Below are positions 58,793 to 64,000 of a stretch of DNA of 64,000 bases, in pieces. The translations under genes were made by a program, and so were the position numbers. The notes beneath the pieces are model-generated. The model had not been told where the DNA came from, ran no database searches, and saw only the letters and a list, made by a program, of their open reading frames with translations. Position 1 is the first letter of the stretch, and every line of letters starts with the position of its first letter. Origin of the DNA: Patescibacteria group bacterium (lineage in GTDB: Bacteria; Patescibacteriota; Minisyncoccia; Phycocordibacterales; Zambryskibacteraceae); contig SCSN01000009.1 of assembly GCA_004322205.1 (NCBI GenBank), forward strand, positions 29,836 through 93,835, in the 5' to 3' direction.

Positions 58793-59197
58793 TTACCGTT
58801 TGTTGACAAGATACAGAGCCAGAGCGGCGAGAGCGACGCCAAGCCATTGATGCGGTGTAAGCCGCACACCGAAGAACACCGTACCCAGAACCATCGCCGC
58901 CACCGGAAAGAAACCGGTGATGAGAATGATCGCGGCTGTGATATTCTCGTTTGGCGCGTGATTCAGCGCAACATTGAAGAACAGCAAGCCGGTAACACCA
59001 AGCACGGCTCCCAGAACCTCGTTTCTTGCAGACAGTCCGGTAATCTCTGCTGTCGTCAGGACAAACTGCCCTCTGCCAAAGAAAAGCAGAGAGACAGTCA
59101 AAATGATGTAGCACATGGTATTTAGAAAAATATTCACTCCAACGCCATGTACCACCACAACCCTGCGGCTGTAGAAGCCAAACAGGGACCACGTCAT
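58793..59197 (-). CDS. small EamA/DMT-family membrane protein
   Basis: 134 aa with four TM helices, EamA-like half-transporter pattern. Confidence 0.45.
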   Translation of the reverse strand: MTWSLFGFYSRRVVVVHGVGVNIFLNTMCYIILTVSLLFFGRGQFVLTTAEITGLSARNEVLGAVLGVTGLLFFNVALNHAPNENITAAIILITGFFPVAAMVLGTVFFGVRLTPHQWLGVALAALALYLVNKR

Positions 59198-59205
59198 ATT
59201 CTACT

Positions 59206-60684
59206 TTACTCGCCTTTGCGAGGCCGTAAGGTCGGAAAGAGAATCACTTCCTTGATATTTTTTACATCAGTCAGAAGCATTGCCAGGCGGTCAATGCCGA
59301 TGCCGATGCCGCCGTTTGGCGGCATGCCGTACTCCATCGCCTCGAGATATTCTTTATCGCTTGGAGAAATTTCCGCCTCTCCTGCTTGTCCCTTTTTATC
59401 CTCTTCAAGATAGCGTTCGCGCTGATCGAGCGGATTGTTTGTCTCGGAAAAAGCATTGACTAGCTCCAAACCGCCGATTACAAGCTGAAATCGGTCAATA
59501 AGCGATGGATCGTCTTCTTTTCTTTTGGCGAACGGGTTGGTGGCAACCGAAAAGTCAACGACAAAAGTCGGTTGAATAAGTTTCGGCCGCACCACTTTTT
59601 TGTAAATATTGTCTAGAATTTTTTCGAGCGCTTCCTCGTCCACCACTTCTATTCCCAGCTGGCGAGCGCGAACTGCCACTTCGCTTCGCGTGATTGATTC
59701 AGGGTGTATGATAAGTGCCCAGCGCCGCAGCAAATCATAAAATGTAACGACGCTGAATTTTTTGCCGAAATCTATTTCCTTGCCGCCGTAGATAATTTTT
59801 GTCTTGCCAAAAAGTTTTTTCACCACCTGTCTGAAAAGTTTCTCAATGAAATCCCGCTGGCTTTTGGCATCGGCATAGGCTTCGTTGGACTCAAGCATGG
59901 TAAATTCCGGGTTGTGCAAATGGTCAATGCCTTCGTTTCTAAAACGCCGCCCCAGCTCATAAACTTTTGCAAAGCCGCCGGCCAGAAGCTCTTTGAGATA
60001 AAGCTCTTGAGCCGTGGGCAAATAAAAATCCGCTTCAAGAGCGTTGTGGCGTGTGACAAAGGGCCTGGCCGTCGCTCCGCCGGCAAGCGGCTGGAGCTCC
60101 GGCAGTTCAACCTCCAAGTATCCAGCGGCATTGTAAAACCCCCGAATTTCCTCAATCATCCGAATCCGCAGGAGAAAGCGTTCTTTAACCCCGGGATTCA
60201 TAAGAATATCTAGATAACGCCGACGGAAGCGCTCCTCTACGTCCTGAAGCCCGTGCCATTTCTCCGGCAGAGGCCGCAGAGACTTGGCAAGCATCCGCCA
60301 AGAGTGAACAAGGATTGTTTTTTCCTTGCGCTTAGTGAGAAAGAGGTTACCTCTGACTTCTATGAAATCACCGACGTCAACCGTTTCACCGAACAGCAGA
60401 AAATCTTCGTTGGTTACCTTTTCACCTCGTTTGAGAGCTCCTTGAAACTTCTCCGTATCGTCAAAAAAATGGAAAAAAATGAGTCCGCCCTGCGCTCGCA
60501 ATGACATAACGCGCCCGACAAGAGAAATTGCCTTTTTCGATTGGGAGAGCCTGCCGAAATTTTTCACAACCTCGGCGAGCGTATAGTCTTGTCTTGCAGA
60601 AACAGGGTAAGGGTTAATACCCTTTTCTTGCAGGAGTTTGAGTTTTTGGAGCCGCGTATTTCTTATTTCATCTAGTGAAGCCAT
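59206..60684 (-). CDS. lysS: lysyl-tRNA synthetase (class II)
   Basis: OB-fold N-domain; motif 2 FRNEG; GGATARPF; motif 3 GIGIDRLAMLL. Confidence 0.92.
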   Translation of the reverse strand: MASLDEIRNTRLQKLKLLQEKGINPYPVSARQDYTLAEVVKNFGRLSQSKKAISLVGRVMSLRAQGGLIFFHFFDDTEKFQGALKRGEKVTNEDFLLFGETVDVGDFIEVRGNLFLTKRKEKTILVHSWRMLAKSLRPLPEKWHGLQDVEERFRRRYLDILMNPGVKERFLLRIRMIEEIRGFYNAAGYLEVELPELQPLAGGATARPFVTRHNALEADFYLPTAQELYLKELLAGGFAKVYELGRRFRNEGIDHLHNPEFTMLESNEAYADAKSQRDFIEKLFRQVVKKLFGKTKIIYGGKEIDFGKKFSVVTFYDLLRRWALIIHPESITRSEVAVRARQLGIEVVDEEALEKILDNIYKKVVRPKLIQPTFVVDFSVATNPFAKRKEDDPSLIDRFQLVIGGLELVNAFSETNNPLDQRERYLEEDKKGQAGEAEISPSDKEYLEAMEYGMPPNGGIGIGIDRLAMLLTDVKNIKEVILFPTLRPRKGE

Positions 60685-60692
60685 GATAGATT

Positions 60693-61017
60693 TTCTTGAG
60701 CAAAGTGATTAGAAAATCATCACCCAGCACTTACAACAGAATCTTTTATCCTTTGCTTTAATCTGGATCTCGCTTGGTCGTAATCTTTCAACTTTCTCTC
60801 TCGCCATCTAGCATCGCTTTCAGATAAATATTCTTCGTAGTATATCAACTCCCAATTCCTTCCGTGCTCCTTAGCTCGGCGGCGGAGATTATCAGTATAG
60901 CCATAATATAGCTCACGCCTGCCATACTTATACTTCAGGCAGTAAACATAATACATGTAAGTGCTGGGTTGTAGAGATTAAATAAAAACTGCGTTTTTAT
61001 TTAATCTCTACAACCTT
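60693..61017 (-). mobile_element. candidate IR-flanked GIY-YIG mini-element
   Basis: CCCAGCACTTAC immediately 5' of the ATG and GTAAGTGCTGGG forming the last four codons; the same arms plus a shared about 60-nt leader recur upstream of mraZ. Confidence 0.4.
60720..60956 (-). CDS. small GIY-YIG nuclease-family protein
   Basis: 78 aa; YYVYCLKY...GYTDNLRRRAKEH pattern (GIY ... YIG, R, E). Confidence 0.7.
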   Translation of the reverse strand: MYYVYCLKYKYGRRELYYGYTDNLRRRAKEHGRNWELIYYEEYLSESDARWRERKLKDYDQARSRLKQRIKDSVVSAG

Positions 61018-61461
61018 ATACGTCATTGTACCAGAGGGTGTGGAGAATGAGAATGTTTCCCCTTTTTTCTTGCCGAGAACCGCATGACCGAAGGGAGACC
61101 GGACCGAGACTTTTCCGTTTGCCATGTCGGCTTCCTCGGTGCCAACAATGGTGAGTTTCTTTTTTTCTTTGTCGCTGTCTTTGACAACAGTGACAACAGA
61201 GCCGATCGTTACCGAGTCGGTAGCATGAGATGAGACAATGGTTGCCGACTTCAAAATGTTCTCGAGCTTGGTAATACGCTCTTCGGTGCTCGCCTGCAGG
61301 TCGCGCGCTTCGTGATACTCAGCATTTTCAGCAAGGTCGCCCAATCCTTTGGCGTACTCCAAACTCTCCGCCACTTCCTTACGTTTGACGGTTTTGAGAA
61401 ACTGGAGTTCTTTTTGGAACTCCTCGTATTTTTCTGGGGTCAAGTACTCGTGTTCCTGCAT
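60997..61461 (-). CDS. greA: transcription elongation factor GreA
   Basis: MQEHEYLTPEKYEEFQKELQFL N-terminal coiled coil plus FKBP-like C-domain; the ORF is open to 61521, start chosen by homology; promoter TTGACA-N16-TACAAT at about 61471..61500. Confidence 0.85.
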   Translation of the reverse strand: MQEHEYLTPEKYEEFQKELQFLKTVKRKEVAESLEYAKGLGDLAENAEYHEARDLQASTEERITKLENILKSATIVSSHATDSVTIGSVVTVVKDSDKEKKKLTIVGTEEADMANGKVSVRSPFGHAVLGKKKGETFSFSTPSGTMTYKVVEIK

Positions 61462-61589
61462 AAGAATGAAAGACAATTGTACACCCCGCGCCGGAGCTGT
61501 CAATGAAAATAAGACCCGCAAGCCAACTCTGGAAAAGCTGTGGGTATTTTGGGGAAAAAGTTGCTTGACAACCGCGGTAGCTTTGAGAG

Positions 61590-62010
61590 ATTAGGTAGCG
61601 GAACCATGGTTCGCCTAGCGTTGTGGCTTTGAGCCTCGGGGATTATCAAGGTCCGGATAGGACTAAGACAACCACGAGGGTTCCTGACTCGAGCACCGCC
61701 TCAGAATACCGCTGTTGATGAGGTGGCAGTACGCAAGGCAAGGGGTGGTAGTGGACCATGGTGCTTCCCGTCAGGGAGGCAACCCGGGGGATCACCCGCA
61801 GACAACGGACACTAGCACGGCAGAAATGCCGAGCAACGTGGGAGCTGTCGGCGCCCTCACTGTAACGCAGGCTTTCAGGAATCAGCTGGTGCGGTACTCC
61901 GAGGAAACAAGGGGAGCCAGCAAAAACCTGGGTTGCAGTTCGCACATTCCCGGCGCTTCGCGCCGTTCACAGGCACTCCCTTGAGTTCTTCGGGGAGTGC
62001 TCTTCTTTTA
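61590..62010 (+). ncRNA. candidate structured RNA gene, possibly RNase P RNA
   Basis: About 420-nt GC-rich ORF-free block ending in the terminator GGCACTCCC-N12-GGGAGTGC-TCTTCTTTT (61972..62010). Contains AAGGUCCGGAUAGG, GGUGCGGUA and ACAUUCCCGGCGCUU segments reminiscent of RNase P CR-I/II/IV. Not verified. Confidence 0.3.
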
Positions 62011-62099
62011 TGTTAATTTCATGCAAGAATTAAGATGGCGTGTTCAAACCCAGAAGTCCAAATACCCTATCAACCCTTGACGGGTAGCCCGGAACGGGC

Positions 62100-62140
62100 G
62101 GTCTCTGGTCGACGGAAGTTCGCCAGAGACTTTTTGTTTT
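62100..62140 (+). terminator. Rho-independent terminator
   Basis: GGTCTCTGG-N14-CCAGAGAC followed by TTTTTGTTTT. Confidence 0.5.
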
Positions 62141-62335
62141 CCTGAAATCTGATAAAGAACCTCGCCCCAAGGGACGAGGTATTAGGAGCCCCTTGAGGCG
62201 AACCAGGGGGGTTCTTTGTTGCAGAAGTGCGAGCTCCGCTCGCGACAGATTATTGCGCGGCCATTTATCCCCGCCGCAAGCGGACGGGATGTTCTGGCCG
62301 CTTGCAATAAGCTAACAAGCTAATCAACTAATAAG

Positions 62336-64000
62336 CTATCTAACATATTCCGGCGTATTGACATACATCCACTCCAAAAGTTCTCTTATGACTAATGTTG
62401 CACCGACCTGATTGTAACGGGAACCCCGTTCCATAAGGACAGCAAAGGCGTATTTGGGATTATCGTATGGAAAATAGCCGATGCTCCAAGAATTCACGAG
62501 TTCCTTTGAGACACCGAGTTCAGCGGTGCCGGTCTTTGCCGCCACCGCAATGCCGGGCATGGAGAGTCCGGCGGCGGTGCCGTCAGTCACGGCCAGACGC
62601 AATCCTTCACGAATAATTTTGAAATACTCATCGCTAAACGGCAGTTTCGGCGCATCGGGTAACGTTTTTTCCTCTCGCTTGAGAATTGTTAGCGAGAGTA
62701 AGTATCCGCCATTGGCAATCGCCGCCATCGCTCGGGCCTGCTGAAGCGGCGTAACCTGAAAACCGTATTGACCAATTGAAGTGTTGTAGGTGTCGCCTAG
62801 GCGCCACGGGTCGCCGTTGAAGGTTTTTTCTTTCCATTCCTTGCTTGGCACAAGACCACCTTCTTCTCCTTCCAAATCAACATCTGTCGGTGAACCAAAA
62901 CCAAACGATGAAAGGTATGAGTGGATTTTTTCTATGCCAAGCCCGCGTTGATCGCCGAAGCCGCCGCCCACCGTAAAAAAGTAAACGTTTGAGGAAACAG
63001 CAAGCGCCTGACGCAGATCAACCCAGCCGTGAGCCTTCCAGTCTTTGAAGACGCTTTTTTTTGTCGGGTCATAAGGATTAGGCAACGAGATCGAGCCGGT
63101 GCTTAAAATTTTCTCCTCCGGTGAAATAATTCCCTCTTCAAGCACTCCCATGGCGATGTAGGGTTTGACTGTTGATCCAGGGATATAGAGACCGGAGACA
63201 GCACGATTGAGAAACGGATTGTTTTTCTGGTTTAGTAATTTCTGAATGTGCTCCTTATCCTTCCCTTGGGTCATGACATCGGACTCAAATTCTGGAAAAC
63301 TCACCAGCGCGAGCAATTCCCCCGTTTCAACATCCGCAATAACCGCGCCACCGCCGCTGAAGCCGTACTGCCGCGCCGTTTCACCCATAAGCGAGTAAAG
63401 TTTCTCGGAAACTCTGGCGTCAATGGCAAGCGTCAGATTCTCACCGTCGCGCGGCGGTCGCAGAAGATTTTCCGACTGCACCTCTCCGACCGCGTCCGTC
63501 TCGGTAATCTTTATGCCGTTCCGTCCCGAGAGCTCTTCGTCATAGCGGGATTCAACACCGCCGCGGCCAAGATATTTCTCCTCATAGTACACGCCAGAAG
63601 CGTCTTTTGAAGGGTATTTGAGAAAGCCAAGAACGTGAGCAACTCCGGAAACGGCGGCGTAGCGGCGCAGCGAGAACTCGTCATCGGGATTTATTGCATT
63701 GCCGGCAAGAAGCGTGCCTCGGCGGTCAAAAATAAGCCCGCGATTGGCAAAGATAGTAGTATGCTTGAGATTGTTCCCTTCGGAGCGGATAGCGAAAGAA
63801 CGTCCTTCAAGAACTTGAAGCTCCGTGAGCTTGCCAAGAATTACAAACCCGATAAGAATGAAAACGAGAATTAAAAACAGAAAAATTTTTCGTTCGACTG
63901 GTTTCTCGATTCTGCCCTCAAACTGATGAGTGTCAAAACGCGGCAGATTCGAAGAATCAAGAAAAATTTCATCGGGATCAATCTCCCGACGGGCGGCAGG
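62336..64000 (-). CDS. mrdA: class B penicillin-binding protein PBP2 (MrdA-like), 5' end beyond the window
   Basis: Reading frame is open from 62336 to the window edge (TM helix RKIFLFLILVFILIGFVIL near 63900); SxxK (GSTVKP), SxN and KTGTA motifs. Confidence 0.8.
   Translation of the reverse strand, partial: PAARREIDPDEIFLDSSNLPRFDTHQFEGRIEKPVERKIFLFLILVFILIGFVILGKLTELQVLEGRSFAIRSEGNNLKHTTIFANRGLIFDRRGTLLAGNAINPDDEFSLRRYAAVSGVAHVLGFLKYPSKDASGVYYEEKYLGRGGVESRYDEELSGRNGIKITETDAVGEVQSENLLRPPRDGENLTLAIDARVSEKLYSLMGETARQYGFSGGGAVIADVETGELLALVSFPEFESDVMTQGKDKEHIQKLLNQKNNPFLNRAVSGLYIPGSTVKPYIAMGVLEEGIISPEEKILSTGSISLPNPYDPTKKSVFKDWKAHGWVDLRQALAVSSNVYFFTVGGGFGDQRGLGIEKIHSYLSSFGFGSPTDVDLEGEEGGLVPSKEWKEKTFNGDPWRLGDTYNTSIGQYGFQVTPLQQARAMAAIANGGYLLSLTILKREEKTLPDAPKLPFSDEYFKIIREGLRLAVTDGTAAGLSMPGIAVAAKTGTAELGVSKELVNSWSIGYFPYDNPKYAFAVLMERGSRYNQVGATLVIRELLEWMYVNTPEYVR

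Noticed and set aside
61646-61984. Track ORFs 61646..61945 (-) and 61715..61984 (+)
   Set aside because: They overlap each other inside the GC-rich structured region, have Arg/Gly/Pro-rich low-complexity translations, and are bounded by a terminator. More plausibly an RNA gene.
62836-64000. Treating mrdA as starting at the track's Met (63592)
   Set aside because: The frame is open without a stop from 63593 to the window edge and encodes a typical PBP2 TM anchor. The gene is 5'-partial in this window rather than starting at 63592.

Overview
This is a gene-dense bacterial window. Its mix of archaeal-type AspRS, pyruvoyl arginine decarboxylase, many aa-tRNA synthetases and a split dcw cluster suggests a streamlined, possibly CPR/Patescibacteria-like genome (inference only). 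The core genes are: grpE-dnaK-dnaJ; trpS-aspS-scpA-scpB; a D-Ala-D-Ala carboxypeptidase followed by mraY-ftsW-murG-gltX and an M23 peptidase; lexA with a Cheo-type SOS box; a DsbA/VKOR pair; rpmA, rplI, ctpA, corA-like, cysS, dnaB, recR, rplU, rmuC; murF-ftsI-ftsL-rsmH-mraZ on the minus strand; lysS, greA and mrdA (partial at the window edge). There are three accessory regions. (1) 23.4-35.5 kb holds a signal-peptide-bearing 2533-aa Tc-toxin/RHS-type giant protein (SpvB-like segment, FG-GAP-like DVNGD repeats, YD repeats, DPxGL, unknown C-terminal toxin). Downstream is a cognate immunity ORF, then two orphan RHS-CT/immunity cassettes, then a displaced internal RHS fragment. (2) 47-53.3 kb holds a VirD4/TraG-like ATPase, a ClpP-like protease, an MGMT-like protein and a large serine recombinase. 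The recombinase is bracketed by ~130-bp inverted repeats and abuts tRNA-Glu(CUC). This site is also exactly where the dcw cluster is broken. (3) 58.4-62.3 kb holds a small GIY-YIG gene bracketed by inverted repeats. An ORF-less copy of the same repeat pair, and a shared ~60-nt leader, sits upstream of mraZ as well as lysS. This region also contains GC-rich, ORF-free, terminator-delimited blocks that look like structured RNA genes; one of them may be RNase P RNA. All calls were made by eye from motifs. No database search was possible.
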